Positions 1-10,250 of a stretch of DNA of 64,000 nucleotides are shown here, one piece after another. Under the pieces are notes generated by a model. It was not told the DNA's origin. It worked only from the letters and a program-made list of their open reading frames with translations, and searched no databases. The translations under genes and the position numbers were made by a program. Source of the DNA: Bacteroidales bacterium (GTDB lineage: Bacteria > Bacteroidota > Bacteroidia > Bacteroidales > UBA932); the NCBI GenBank assembly GCA_024694675.1, contig JAILJO010000004.1:29407-93406 (forward strand), written 5' to 3'. The first letter of the stretch is position 1. The number at the start of each line of letters is the position of its first letter.

Positions 1-638
1 TTCACATGGTTCTCACCGCTCACGGTGTTGTTGCCGTAGACGTTGCCGTCGGCCTCCTTGGCAATGTCCAGATGCTCAGCGATGCCGGTGAGGATGTTCT
101 TGCTGTCATAGAAGCAGATACCGCGGGAGACGCTGCCGTTCTCCGACAGGGTGTTCTCCAGTTCAAAGCCCACTATGCAGTACTCTCCGGTGGTCTTTTC
201 ATGTGCACGGCACCAGTCGCCGAGGACCTTGAAGGATTCCTTTCCGTAGAAATCGTCACCGTTAATGACGGCGAAGGGCTCGTTGATTACGTCCTTTGCC
301 ATAAGAACTGCGTGGGCGGTGCCCCAGGGCTTCACACGGTCTTCCGGCACGGTGAAGGGAGCTGGAATCTTGTCCAGTTCCTGGGTTACGAACACAAACT
401 CAAGGGGCTTTCCGTCACAGGTCTTGACGCCTGCATATTTCTGCCTTACATGCTCTTCCATGTCTTTCTTGAAAAAGTCACGGACGATGTAAACTACCTT
501 GCCGAAACCGGCTTCCACTGCATCGTGAATGGAATAGTCGATGATAGTTTCTCCGTTGGGGCCAAGGCCGTCCATCTGCTTGAGTCCGCCGTAACGGCTG
601 CCCATTCCGGCCGCCAGAACCAAAAGTGTAGGTTTCAT
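1..638 (-). CDS. Sugar-phosphate nucleotidyltransferase family protein (3' end runs off the window)
   Basis: Manual translation from ATG at 638: MKPTLLVLAAGMGSRYGGLKQMDGLGP...PWGTAHAVL...INGDDFYG. Absent from the ORF track because it is open to the window edge. Confidence 0.88.
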   Translation of the reverse strand, partial: MKPTLLVLAAGMGSRYGGLKQMDGLGPNGETIIDYSIHDAVEAGFGKVVYIVRDFFKKDMEEHVRQKYAGVKTCDGKPLEFVFVTQELDKIPAPFTVPEDRVKPWGTAHAVLMAKDVINEPFAVINGDDFYGKESFKVLGDWCRAHEKTTGEYCIVGFELENTLSENGSVSRGICFYDSKNILTGIAEHLDIAKEADGNVYGNNTVSGENHV

Positions 639-712
639 ACGTTATTCAGATTAAAATTACTTTCTTAATATCTCACAAATTTAGCAATTTCAAGGCAATT
701 AAACAAAATCGC

Positions 713-1852
713 CTAATACTTGTCTCCCTGTCCTTCGATTTCTTCGGGGGTGATTTTCTTGCGGTCCATGGCGTGCCATGCGTATGCTATATACGCTACC
801 ACAAAGGGGATGAGGAGGGACACCCAGGACATGACCTGGAGGGTGAAGTGGCTGGAAGAGCTGTTACGGATGGTGAGGGAACTCTGAAGGTCCGTGCATG
901 AAGGGTAGTATGCCGTGCCGTTGAATCCGGCAAGGAAGAACACCGCCATCACAACCAGCACGGTTCCAGGCATTGCAAACCAGATTCCCTTGCGGGACTT
1001 TGAGAATCCGCCCAGCCACAGGGAAACCAGCACCAGGACAACTCCTGCAAGGAGCATGACAAGCACGGCCGGCATGGCCAGAAGGTTGTGCCAGTATTTG
1101 AAAGGCTCCAGGGAAACCAAGCCGTCAGCATCCACCGCATATCCTTTGCTTACCAGAAGGATTACTGCCCAGCTAAGGAAGAAGAACAGGAACGGGCCAA
1201 TGGACATCTTTACTGTGCGCCTCATCTGGGCGTGGATGGTATCATCGTCCACGTTGTTCAGCACATACAGTGCGCCAAGGATTGCAGCAAGGAACATCAG
1301 CGTGCAGCCAAGCAGCACGGCATGGTACTGTCCAAGTGCCTCCAGACCGTGCCATCCGTTCCCCCAAGTGCTGATTACCGGTGAAGCCGGATCTGTTATG
1401 GCAATCTTGTTCACGGTGAAGTCAGAGCCGGTGAAGAACGTGCCCACGGCCGTTCCCACCAGGAACGGGGCCAGGAAACCGTTCACCATAAGGGCAATGC
1501 GGAATCCTTTTACGCCAAGAAGATTGCCTTTCTTGTTCTGGAACTCGTAAGATACAGCCTGGAAAACAAAGGTAATCAGAAGAAGCACCCATACCCAATA
1601 GGCTCCGCCGAAGCTGGTGCTGTAGAACAGCGGGAAGGACGCGAAGAACGCGCCGCCGAAGGTTACCAGCGTAGTGAATGTAAGCTCCCACTTACGGCCC
1701 GTGGAATTGAGGATTATGCGCTTCTGAGTATCGCTGAGTACCCTGTTCCCAAGGTGCAGGTTTGCGCCCTGGACAAACATCAGGGCCACCAGAAGACCGC
1801 CGAGGAGGGCGATGAGCACCCACCAGTAGTTCTGTAAGAATTCGTATGTCAT
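713..1852 (-). CDS. cydB: Cytochrome bd ubiquinol oxidase subunit II
   Basis: Hydrophobic 379 aa; GRKWELTFTTLVTFGGAFFASFP motif; directly follows cydA. Confidence 0.95.
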   Translation of the reverse strand: MTYEFLQNYWWVLIALLGGLLVALMFVQGANLHLGNRVLSDTQKRIILNSTGRKWELTFTTLVTFGGAFFASFPLFYSTSFGGAYWVWVLLLITFVFQAVSYEFQNKKGNLLGVKGFRIALMVNGFLAPFLVGTAVGTFFTGSDFTVNKIAITDPASPVISTWGNGWHGLEALGQYHAVLLGCTLMFLAAILGALYVLNNVDDDTIHAQMRRTVKMSIGPFLFFFLSWAVILLVSKGYAVDADGLVSLEPFKYWHNLLAMPAVLVMLLAGVVLVLVSLWLGGFSKSRKGIWFAMPGTVLVVMAVFFLAGFNGTAYYPSCTDLQSSLTIRNSSSSHFTLQVMSWVSLLIPFVVAYIAYAWHAMDRKKITPEEIEGQGDKY

Positions 1853-1855
1853 AGC

Positions 1856-3346
1856 CTAGATGTTTTGAGAGGGTTCAACTTCGGGGCCCTTGCCAATGGC
1901 GCGGACCATGATACGGATTTCTATGGCAAGGAAGAGTGCGAACACCGCCAGGAACACGAAGAACGTGGTCTTCACTGCTGCGGCGCTGAGGCTGGAGATA
2001 GCCACGTTAACAGGCAGAAGCCCCTGGATAGTCCAGGGCTGGCGGCCAACCTCCGCCACAATCCAGCCACACTGGCCGGTGATATAAGCCAGCGGGATGC
2101 AGATGATGGCAGCCCACAGCAGCCACTTCCAAGCTCCCAGTTTGTCTTTCCACACTGCAATGAGCACCAGAAGAAGAACAAGTGCTATCAGCATTCCAAA
2201 GCCAATCATGAAGCGGAAACTCCAAAACACCACTCCCACGGGAGGAATTACATCCTCCGGGGCGGAAAGATGGCCATAGCCAATGTACTGCACATTTGCG
2301 TCAATCACTTCGCGGGCCAATGCCTTCACTGCAGGTTCATCTGAGCCGCGGTAGACCGCCAGCGCATCCAGAGCCTCACGCCCCAGTGCCATCTTCTCCG
2401 CAACGGAAGGCACGACGTTGCCGTCATTGTCAGTATAACCGTTAAGGATATCGTTGATGCCGGGGACGAATCCGTTGGCATCGTGCGTTGCAAGTATGGA
2501 CAGCATCTTGGGAACCTTTATTCCCGGGACGATTGTGAATGCCGCCCCGTTCCCACCGTCCTGAAGGCCCTCTGCGGCCGCAAGTTTCATGGGCTGGAAT
2601 TCCGCGGCGTGAACGCCTGAGGAATCACCCGTAAGCATCACCGCGCCGGAGCCCACAAGGCCCACGATTGCACCCACCAGCATGCTCTTTCTGGCAAACT
2701 CCGAATGCCTGTTCTTCAGGAGGTACCAGGCGCTGACGCCAACTACAAAAATGCCGCCGGTGACCCAGCCGCTGGTTACTGCGTGGCAGAATTTACTCAC
2801 CGCCACGGGATTGGAAATCACCTCCCAGAACGCCGCTGCCGATGCCATCTCGCTCCGGACGGTGTCCGGATTGAACGTGGTTCCCACGGGGTTCTGCATC
2901 CAGCCGTTGGCTACCAGGATCCAGTAGGCGCTGATGGTTGCACCAATTCCCGTGAGCCAGGTGGAGGTAAGGTGGAACTTAGGCGATACCTTCTCCCAGC
3001 CGAAGAACATGACGGCGAAGAAGGTTGCCTCCATGAAGAAGGCCAGGATGCCTTCTATTGCCAGAGGCGCGCCGAACATGTCTCCAACCATCCAGGAATA
3101 GTTGCTCCAGTTGGTCCCGAACTCGAACTCCAGGATAATGCCTGTCGCAATTCCAACCGCAAAGTTGATTGCAAAGAGTTTGATCCAGAACTGTGCGGCT
3201 TTCTTCCAGAACGGATCCTTTTTCACCACGTAAAGTGTTTCCATTACCGCCATCACAAGGGCGAGGCCCAGCGTGAGCGGAACAAACAGCCAGTGGTAGG
3301 CTGCCGTCATCGCGAACTGTATGCGCGACCAGATTACTACGTCCAT
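1856..3346 (-). CDS. cydA: Cytochrome bd ubiquinol oxidase subunit I
   Basis: SRIQFAMTAAYHWLFVPLT, EFEFGTNW, QPMKLAAAE and EVGRQPW motifs. Confidence 0.97.
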   Translation of the reverse strand: MDVVIWSRIQFAMTAAYHWLFVPLTLGLALVMAVMETLYVVKKDPFWKKAAQFWIKLFAINFAVGIATGIILEFEFGTNWSNYSWMVGDMFGAPLAIEGILAFFMEATFFAVMFFGWEKVSPKFHLTSTWLTGIGATISAYWILVANGWMQNPVGTTFNPDTVRSEMASAAAFWEVISNPVAVSKFCHAVTSGWVTGGIFVVGVSAWYLLKNRHSEFARKSMLVGAIVGLVGSGAVMLTGDSSGVHAAEFQPMKLAAAEGLQDGGNGAAFTIVPGIKVPKMLSILATHDANGFVPGINDILNGYTDNDGNVVPSVAEKMALGREALDALAVYRGSDEPAVKALAREVIDANVQYIGYGHLSAPEDVIPPVGVVFWSFRFMIGFGMLIALVLLLVLIAVWKDKLGAWKWLLWAAIICIPLAYITGQCGWIVAEVGRQPWTIQGLLPVNVAISSLSAAAVKTTFFVFLAVFALFLAIEIRIMVRAIGKGPEVEPSQNI

Positions 3347-3350
3347 AGTA

Positions 3351-3593
3351 TTATTCGGTTATCAGTATTTCAGTGTTTTGTGGCTCAGTAAGGCGTGCGC
3401 CCACCACCTCGCTCTTCTGCTCATCCGTAAGACCGCGCATGGCGGGCTTGAAGAAGAACACGCGAAGTATGGCGAACAGTATTATGAGTTTGAGTATGAT
3501 CAGCCAGACAAGCGGCTTTCCCCAGGTCATGTTCTTGAACCCGTCCCGGTACAGGGAGCGGAAGAAGGAAAATATGCCGGGGCGTGAGGCCAT
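3351..3593 (-). CDS. DUF4492-like small membrane protein upstream of cydA
   Basis: YRDGFKNMTWGKPLVWLIILKLIILFAILRVFFF; usual Bacteroidota cyd operon position. Confidence 0.85.
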   Translation of the reverse strand: MASRPGIFSFFRSLYRDGFKNMTWGKPLVWLIILKLIILFAILRVFFFKPAMRGLTDEQKSEVVGARLTEPQNTEILITE

Positions 3594-3595
3594 GC

Positions 3596-4387
3596 TTACA
3601 GACCTTTGGCTTTGGCTTCGTCCCAGATGGCGTCCATTTCCTTCAGGGACATGTCGCTGAAACGGAGGCCCTTGCGAAGGGTTTGTTCTTCCAGATAGGT
3701 AAAGCGGCAGCGGAATTTTTCACTGGAGCGGTTAAGGGCTTCCTCCGGGTCCACTCCGTACAGCCTGGCGGCGTTTATCACCGCAAACATAAGGTCCCCG
3801 AACTCCATTTCAATCTTGTCCGGAGTGCCATCGGCAACAGCTTCCGAGACTTCGCCCACCTCTTCCTTCACCTTGTCCCAAACGTCTTCCCTCTTCTCCC
3901 AGTCGAACCCGCATCCGCGGGCTTTTTCCTGCAGGGAAAGGGCCTTCAACAGGGCCGGCATGGTCTTGGGAATACCGTCCATGACCCGTTTGTTGCCGCC
4001 TTTTTCCTTGGCTTTAACCAGTTCCCAGGTATCGGCAATTTCCTTGGCCGATGTCTCCTTCCCGGCCTCCGGTCCAAACACGTGAGGATGGCGGAAGACC
4101 ATCTTGTCGCAGACCTTGCCGATGCTGTCCGCAATGTCAAACGCGCCTTCCTCCTGGCCCATGCGGGCGTAGAAGACCATGTGGTACAGAAGGTCGCCGA
4201 TTTCCTTGGCCGTGGCCTGACGGTCTCCCTCAATGATTGAGTCGCTGAGTTCGTAAACCTCTTCCTCAGTGAGGCGGCGGATGGAATCGAATGTCTGCTC
4301 CGCATTCCAGGGGCACTTCTCCCGAAGGGTGTCCATAATGTCAAGGAGCCTTCCGAAGGCCTCTATCTTTTCCTCTCTTGTATGCAT
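3596..4387 (-). CDS. mazG: Nucleoside triphosphate pyrophosphohydrolase MazG
   Basis: LREKCPW, EEVYEL, EIGDLL, RHPHVFG, EFGDLMF; tandem MazG domains. Confidence 0.95.
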   Translation of the reverse strand: MHTREEKIEAFGRLLDIMDTLREKCPWNAEQTFDSIRRLTEEEVYELSDSIIEGDRQATAKEIGDLLYHMVFYARMGQEEGAFDIADSIGKVCDKMVFRHPHVFGPEAGKETSAKEIADTWELVKAKEKGGNKRVMDGIPKTMPALLKALSLQEKARGCGFDWEKREDVWDKVKEEVGEVSEAVADGTPDKIEMEFGDLMFAVINAARLYGVDPEEALNRSSEKFRCRFTYLEEQTLRKGLRFSDMSLKEMDAIWDEAKAKGL

Positions 4388-5169
4388 CAGCCTATGGATT
4401 CAAACAGTTTTACAGTACGGCGGGCTTCTGCCACGTCATGGACGCGAAGAAGCGTTGCGCCCTCTTCCAGCGCCTTGTAATGCACTACCTGGGTGGCCGG
4501 AAGGGTCTCTTCCGGAGTAATGTCCAGGGTCTTGTATATCATGCTCTTTCTGGACACGCCGGCAAGGATGGGGCGGCCTATGTCCTTGAGCTCGTGAAGG
4601 CGGGAAAGCAGCTGGAAGTTCTGCCTGGCGGTCTTGGCGAAACCGAAGCCGGGGTCCAGGATCCAGTCCTGGATGCCATAGTCCTGGGCCTTTCCGGTGA
4701 ACTCCCAGAAATAGCCCTTGACGGCGGTGACAACATCGTCATACTGGGCCATGCCCATCATGGTCATGGGCGTTCCCCTCATGTGCATGGCGATGTACCG
4801 GAGGCCCAGCTTACCCACCAGGGGAAGCATGTCCTTATCCAGCGCCCCGGCGCTTATATCGTTGACGACGATGGGGCCGATAGTATCATACGCCTTGCGG
4901 ATAGTGCCGCTGTTGTAAGTGTCTATGGAGATGACGGCTTCCGGGAAGGCCTTGCGGATGGACAGGAGCGCAGGCTCCAGCCTTCTCCATTCCTCCCTTT
5001 CTCCCATGAGACCGGCTCCGGGTCGGGTACTGGCGGCGCCGATGTCAATTATATCGGCCCCCTCCGAAAGCATTTGGGCGGCCCTGAGGGCAGCGCCTTC
5101 CGCCGTGGTTCTGGAGCCGGGGAAGAAAGAGTCTTCGTTGACGTTGATTATGCCAAGGATTGTGATCAT
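4387..5169 (-). CDS. folP: Dihydropteroate synthase
   Basis: GIINVNEDSF, DIGAASTRPG, DPGFGFAK, SRKS and RVHDV motifs. Confidence 0.96.
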   Translation of the reverse strand: MITILGIINVNEDSFFPGSRTTAEGAALRAAQMLSEGADIIDIGAASTRPGAGLMGEREEWRRLEPALLSIRKAFPEAVISIDTYNSGTIRKAYDTIGPIVVNDISAGALDKDMLPLVGKLGLRYIAMHMRGTPMTMMGMAQYDDVVTAVKGYFWEFTGKAQDYGIQDWILDPGFGFAKTARQNFQLLSRLHELKDIGRPILAGVSRKSMIYKTLDITPEETLPATQVVHYKALEEGATLLRVHDVAEARRTVKLFESIG

Positions 5170-5471
5170 TCCGCAATATAGACATCGTCCCCCGGGGCGG
5201 CGAAATGGTATCTTTCGCGGGCGAAGGCCTCAACGGAGTCCTTGTTGGTGGTAAGGGCGTCTATACGGGCATCCATGGCGTCTATCTCACCCTGCAGGCG
5301 GGTCATTTCCTTCTGCTGGTTCTTCTCCTCAACCCCCGCCTTGATCCAGGACAGGACGCTGTTATGGGCAAAGAAAAGCAGCCACAGCGCCACTACCGCC
5401 GTGACTATAATCACGAACGGAATCAGGTAGTTATGCTCCTTCTGTTTGAGTGTATCCCACTTGATGCCCAT
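5166..5471 (-). CDS. Septum formation initiator (FtsB/DivIC family)
   Basis: Single TM helix, coiled coil, EAFARERYHF..PGDDVY. Confidence 0.8.
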   Translation of the reverse strand: MGIKWDTLKQKEHNYLIPFVIIVTAVVALWLLFFAHNSVLSWIKAGVEEKNQQKEMTRLQGEIDAMDARIDALTTNKDSVEAFARERYHFAAPGDDVYIAE

Positions 5472-5528
5472 ACGCCTTTTCTTCTTTTTGCGAAATTACA
5501 AAAATCCAGGGTAAAAAACAACAAAGAT

Positions 5529-7253
5529 TTACAGGAGTCCAAGGTATTCTCCAATGCGGTCCAGCCAGGTGTAACTGCCGGTACCGGGAGAGGCCTTGCG
5601 CTGGAAGCAGTGAGGACGGAGGGCAAGGGTGTGAAGCTCTGACTGGATGCCCATCGCGCGCATTTTCTCCCAAACGCGGACGGATCCCATGGGAGACCAT
5701 TTATCCGCATCACCGTGAATAAAGAGCATAGGTGCGGTATCCAGGTCGAAGGAGAATTCAGGGCCGATATAAATGTCGTCCGCATTACCGCCGGTGGTGT
5801 TGTGCTGGCTGAAGCCGTCGCTCAGGACGTAGGCGGGATAAATGCCGATGCCCCACTGGACCTTGCAGGAGACATTCCTGTCAATATCGTCAATGGGCCT
5901 GTATGACCTGTGGCGGGACGATGTGACTCCCAGAAGCGTAAGATGACCGCCGGCCGATGAACCCATGATGCCAATCTTGTCCGGATTCAGACCACGGGCG
6001 GCAGCCTCGCTGCGGACAATGCGTATGGTTCGCTGGAGGTCCTGCCACGCGGTGGTATGCTTGGAAAGGCCACCCTGGGGGCGCGGGGTGCGGTATTTCA
6101 GTGTGACCACCGTCATACCCAGGGAATTGAGGTAACGCCTGGCCGGCGCAACTTCAAAGTCGTCCGGGTTGTTATCTTCATAGCCGCCGCCGGAGTAGAT
6201 AATCTGGATAGCGTCTGTCTTGCGGACAGCCGGAATGTGCCACTCGATGTACGGGGTGCACTGATCCTCCTGAGGGCAGGGCATCTTGCCTTCCGGCCAG
6301 ACTTCTTCGCGGATAAGCTCTGCGCGGTCATCGTCAGAAGGGAACCTCTTCATGAGCTTCTCTTCCGGCTCCAGGGGACCCAGGAAGCCCATCTGTTTCA
6401 TGAACTCGATTCCGCGTTCAAGGCCAAAAGCGCCGTGGCCCTTGTCCGGATAGAGGTGGAGCTCCGTGGGAATACCCATGCGGCGGAGCTGGCGGTAAAT
6501 AAGCGTGGAGCCATTGGGCGAATAGGGGTCCTTGCCGCCGTGGTGAAGGCTAAGCGGGCAGGTCTTTTCATCGAACTTGAAAATGTCGCTTAGTTTAACG
6601 TCCGTGCCATAGCCTTCCCTGGTGGCTTTTGTGCCGGTTTCACCATCCGTAGTGACGTATGCCGGGGCATTCAGGATGCCCCAGTTTATGTGGCAGGGAA
6701 CATCGTCAATCTTGTCGATGGGGGCATATGCCGGAGTCTGGGAACTGGTGGCAAGAAGAAGGGCCAGATGTGATCCGGCCGACATGGAAATGACACCTAT
6801 CTTCTCCGGGTCGAATCCGCGTTTTGCGGCCTGGCTACGGACCATCCTGACGGCCCTCTGACCGTCTTCCCAGGCTGTCTGGTATATAGGAAGGCCTTCC
6901 GGACGGGGTGTCCTGTACACGAAATTGACGCACTGGATTCCCAGCTCCGTCAGCCTCTTGTGCCACTGGTCTATGAGTTTCCCGTCGCACGTGCTGTTGT
7001 ATGCTCCTCCGGATATGAGAATCATGCAGGCATCGTTGTCCACGGCGGCATCAGGAGCCTCGAACCATTCCAGATACGGGATCCTGTGCTTGTCCGGCTT
7101 GAACCCGGGTGCCTTGGACTCGTCCGTCATGGCGGCAATCTGGCCGGGCTGCGCATCCGGCATCTTTTTCTTGGGCCAGATAGATTCGCGCTCCCCTCCC
7201 CAAAGCTGCATGGAGAGAAGAAGAAGAAGGATTAGTGTCAATGTCTTTTTCAT
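5529..7253 (-). CDS. Secreted protein with two tandem alpha/beta-hydrolase (esterase) domains
   Basis: Signal peptide; two copies of GGAY/GGGY and nucleophile elbows SMSAGSH and GSSAGGH. Confidence 0.85.
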   Translation of the reverse strand: MKKTLTLILLLLLSMQLWGGERESIWPKKKMPDAQPGQIAAMTDESKAPGFKPDKHRIPYLEWFEAPDAAVDNDACMILISGGAYNSTCDGKLIDQWHKRLTELGIQCVNFVYRTPRPEGLPIYQTAWEDGQRAVRMVRSQAAKRGFDPEKIGVISMSAGSHLALLLATSSQTPAYAPIDKIDDVPCHINWGILNAPAYVTTDGETGTKATREGYGTDVKLSDIFKFDEKTCPLSLHHGGKDPYSPNGSTLIYRQLRRMGIPTELHLYPDKGHGAFGLERGIEFMKQMGFLGPLEPEEKLMKRFPSDDDRAELIREEVWPEGKMPCPQEDQCTPYIEWHIPAVRKTDAIQIIYSGGGYEDNNPDDFEVAPARRYLNSLGMTVVTLKYRTPRPQGGLSKHTTAWQDLQRTIRIVRSEAAARGLNPDKIGIMGSSAGGHLTLLGVTSSRHRSYRPIDDIDRNVSCKVQWGIGIYPAYVLSDGFSQHNTTGGNADDIYIGPEFSFDLDTAPMLFIHGDADKWSPMGSVRVWEKMRAMGIQSELHTLALRPHCFQRKASPGTGSYTWLDRIGEYLGLL

Positions 7254-7257
7254 GTGC

Positions 7258-8631
7258 TTATAATGCTAGTCTGAAACCTATCGTACTTTTGACTTTTGAG
7301 GCGTAATTCTCATTACGGTTGCTCACGCGGCAAGCAGGCCACTTGGCGTTTATGCTGCCCCCGCGGATTACGCGGACATCTCCCGCTGCGGCCTCAAGTG
7401 GGCCTGTAGGGTTGGTCTGAGCTTCCTCCGCGTAAGGGCCGGGACGGTCCTGAACCCATTCCCAGGCGTTGCCGGACATATCGTACAAACCCAGTTCATT
7501 GGGCGGATAACCGCAGGGCTGGCGGGTCTTGGTGTCCCCCATCTCGCACCATGCGACTTCAGCGGAAAAATCCGAGCCCGCAAAGCAGTAGTTCCGGCTC
7601 TTTTCACCGCCCTTGGCGGCGTACTCCCACTCCGCTTCCGTGGGAAGGCGGAACTTGCGGCCCGTGAGATTGTTCAGTTTCTGGATGAACAGCTGGACAT
7701 CGTACCAGCTTACGTTACCGACGGGGGAATTGCCGCCCAGGAGAAGCGGCGGGAGGGTGCCCATGACGGCATTCCAGAGCTCGCAGGTAACCTCCGTCTG
7801 GCCTATCTTGAAATTGTCCAGCGTTACCTCGTGGACGGGGAGTTCGTCCTCTTTCACCACCTTGAGGTTCACCTGTGAAGTGGCGCCCATGCTGAAGGTG
7901 CCGCCCATGACGGGAATCATCTTGAAGGAGACATCGGCCACCTTAATGGTTTCACGCTTTCCGTCAGAGACCTCCCGGGGGACCTTGTTTTCCACCAGGA
8001 TTTCCTTCCAGAATGAAGGGGCGGGCTCTCCGGTGGAAACGGCTATACGGAGGCCGGCGGAGGGTGATTTGGTATGGGGCTCAAGGGTTTTGCGGGTGTT
8101 GGGCTTGCAGTTCTTTTCTCCCTGGCAGCCGCCGCGAAGGGGACGGGAGCCATCGTCCTGAGGGTTTTCACACCACTCCCAGAGGCTTCCGGGCATGGAG
8201 GAGTCCTGCCTTGCGGCATATTCCCACTCCGCTTCAGTGGGAAGGCGGAAAGGGATGCCGGTGAGACGGGAAAGCTTCTGGGTAAACTTTTTGGCATCGG
8301 CCCATGTGACTCCGGCGACTGGACCCTTGCCGCCACTTCCGCCCATGACCGCTGCCCAGAGGTCCTTGGACACTTCCGCGGTCCCAATGGCGTATCCGTC
8401 AAGGAACGCTGGTTCAATGGTGGGGTTCCTGACCACTCCAAGGTCGAAGGTCTCTCCCATGAGGAAGAAACTGCCGTCTATCTTATTGAGGGTGAGGCTG
8501 AGGTCCTTTACGGGGACGATGTACTTCCCGTCGGCCTCGAAAGGCTTCAGGGCGTCCACCGGATACTCCCCTCCTCCGGCACATGAAACCATGGCCAGGA
8601 CTGTGGTTACTGCGGCAAGCAAGTTCTTCAT
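7258..8631 (-). CDS. Lipoprotein with two FGE-sulfatase (formylglycine-generating enzyme-like) domains
   Basis: Lipobox MVSC; FRLPTEAEWEYAA twice; LYDMSGNAWEW; GFRL C-terminus. Confidence 0.88.
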   Translation of the reverse strand: MKNLLAAVTTVLAMVSCAGGGEYPVDALKPFEADGKYIVPVKDLSLTLNKIDGSFFLMGETFDLGVVRNPTIEPAFLDGYAIGTAEVSKDLWAAVMGGSGGKGPVAGVTWADAKKFTQKLSRLTGIPFRLPTEAEWEYAARQDSSMPGSLWEWCENPQDDGSRPLRGGCQGEKNCKPNTRKTLEPHTKSPSAGLRIAVSTGEPAPSFWKEILVENKVPREVSDGKRETIKVADVSFKMIPVMGGTFSMGATSQVNLKVVKEDELPVHEVTLDNFKIGQTEVTCELWNAVMGTLPPLLLGGNSPVGNVSWYDVQLFIQKLNNLTGRKFRLPTEAEWEYAAKGGEKSRNYCFAGSDFSAEVAWCEMGDTKTRQPCGYPPNELGLYDMSGNAWEWVQDRPGPYAEEAQTNPTGPLEAAAGDVRVIRGGSINAKWPACRVSNRNENYASKVKSTIGFRLAL

Positions 8632-8647
8632 AGCGGGTTAGTTTCCT

Positions 8648-8676
8648 CAAAGATACAATATTTTTTATTATCTTTG
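8648..8676. promoter_or_regulatory. Divergent Bacteroidota -7 promoter elements
   Basis: CAAAGATA at 8648-8655 (TATCTTTG on the minus strand) and TATCTTTG at 8669-8676 both match TAnnTTTG. Confidence 0.65.
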
Positions 8677-8695
8677 CAGGCTAATTCAGAAGATT

Positions 8696-9790
8696 ATGGC
8701 AGAGAATTCCCTCCTGGAGAAGGTACTTAGCCTTCAGGACAAATACAAGAAACTGGAACAGCAGCTTGCAGACCCGGATGTTATAGCGGACATGAAGAAG
8801 TTCGTGCAGCTTAACAAGGACTACAAGGAGCTGCAGCCCATCATCGCCGCCGGCCTTGAATACAAGAGGCTGGTGGACGAGCTCGCCCAGGCAAAAGACA
8901 TCCTCATGAACGAGAAGGACGAGGACCTGAAGGAGATGGCCCGCGAGGAAGTTGCGGACATCGAGCCCAAACTCCCGGAGATAGAGCAGAACATCAAGCT
9001 TCTCCTCATCCCTGCAGATCCCGACGACAGCAAGAACGCCATGGTTGAAATCCGCGGCGGCACCGGCGGCGACGAGGCCGCAATCTTCGCAGGAGACCTA
9101 TTCCGCATGTACCAGCACTTTGCGGAGCGCCGCGGCTGGAAACTGGAGATCACAGACCAGGCTCCCGGCACTTCAGGCGGTTTCAAGCAGATTGTTTTCA
9201 AGCTCTCAAGCACCCAGGACGGCGTTTACGGCGTTATGAAGTATGAGTCCGGAGTTCACCGCGTTCAGCGCGTTCCACAGACGGAAACCCAGGGCAGGAT
9301 CCAGACCTCCGCAGCATCCGTGGCCGTGTTCCCGGAAGCCGGAGAGTTTGATATCGAGCTTAATCCTGCAGATATCCGCAAGGATCTGTTCTGCGCCAGT
9401 GGCCCCGGCGGACAGGGCGTCAACACCACCTATTCAGCAGTCCGTCTCACCCACATTCCTTCCGGAATCGTGGTCCAGTGCCAGGAGGAGCGTTCACAGC
9501 TCAAGAACCTTGACAGGGCAATGGAAGAGCTCCGTACCCGCCTTTACAACATGGAGCACCAGAAGTACCTGGACGGCATTGCGGCAAAGCGCAAGACCAT
9601 GGTTTCCACCGGAGACCGCAGCGCCAAGATCCGCACCTACAACTATCCCCAGGGCCGTGTAACGGACCACCGCATCGGCTGGAGCATGTACAACCTTCCC
9701 GTCTTCATGGACGGTGACATCCAGGAGTGCATAGACCAGCTCCAGATAGCAGAAAACGCAGAACGTCTCAAAGAAGCAGCAGAGGAATAA
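8696..9790 (+). CDS. prfA: Peptide chain release factor 1
   Basis: GGQ motif, PQT (PxT) specificity motif, [28 protein letters not shown]. Confidence 0.97.
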   Translation: MAENSLLEKVLSLQDKYKKLEQQLADPDVIADMKKFVQLNKDYKELQPIIAAGLEYKRLVDELAQAKDILMNEKDEDLKEMAREEVADIEPKLPEIEQNIKLLLIPADPDDSKNAMVEIRGGTGGDEAAIFAGDLFRMYQHFAERRGWKLEITDQAPGTSGGFKQIVFKLSSTQDGVYGVMKYESGVHRVQRVPQTETQGRIQTSAASVAVFPEAGEFDIELNPADIRKDLFCASGPGGQGVNTTYSAVRLTHIPSGIVVQCQEERSQLKNLDRAMEELRTRLYNMEHQKYLDGIAAKRKTMVSTGDRSAKIRTYNYPQGRVTDHRIGWSMYNLPVFMDGDIQECIDQLQIAENAERLKEAAEE

Positions 9791-9794
9791 ACTT

Positions 9795-10250
9795 ATGGCA
9801 CGCGATCCTAAAGAACTCAAGGCCCTTGGACACGAGAGTGTCTATAGCCAGAAATACGCACCGGAGGTTCTTGAAACCTTCGAGAACCGGCACCAGGACA
9901 ACGATTACTGGGTCCGCTTCAACTGCCCGGAATTCACCACCCTCTGCCCCATCACGGGCCAGCCGGACTTCGCGGAAATCAGGATTTCTTACGTCCCTGA
10001 CGTGAAGATGGTGGAGTCGAAGTCCCTCAAGCTGTACCTTTTCAGCTTCCGCTCCAACGGAGACTTCCACGAGGACTGCGTGAACACCATCATGAAGGAC
10101 CTTGTGAAACTCATGGATCCCAAGTACATCGAGGTAACTGGCTTCTTCACCCCCCGCGGAGGCATCTCAATCTACCCGTACGCCAATTACGGCCGCCCGG
10201 GTACCAAATGGGAAAAACTGGCCTGGGAAAGGCTGGCTAACCACGAGTAA
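9795..10250 (+). CDS. queF: preQ0 reductase QueF
   Basis: [27 protein letters not shown] and PRGGI motifs. Confidence 0.96.
   Translation: MARDPKELKALGHESVYSQKYAPEVLETFENRHQDNDYWVRFNCPEFTTLCPITGQPDFAEIRISYVPDVKMVESKSLKLYLFSFRSNGDFHEDCVNTIMKDLVKLMDPKYIEVTGFFTPRGGISIYPYANYGRPGTKWEKLAWERLANHE

Noticed and set aside
6-668. 220-aa plus-strand ORF, and similar long antisense ORFs such as 39129-40241, 32547-33416 and 50360-51325
   Set aside because: These are shadows of real genes on the opposite strand, caused by codon bias, and have no recognisable motifs.
713-3593. Cytochrome bd oxidase in a presumed anaerobe
   Set aside because: This is well known in Bacteroidales, including the upstream small membrane gene.
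9780-9800. preQ1 riboswitch upstream of queF
   Set aside because: Only 4 nt separate prfA and queF, and I saw no motif.
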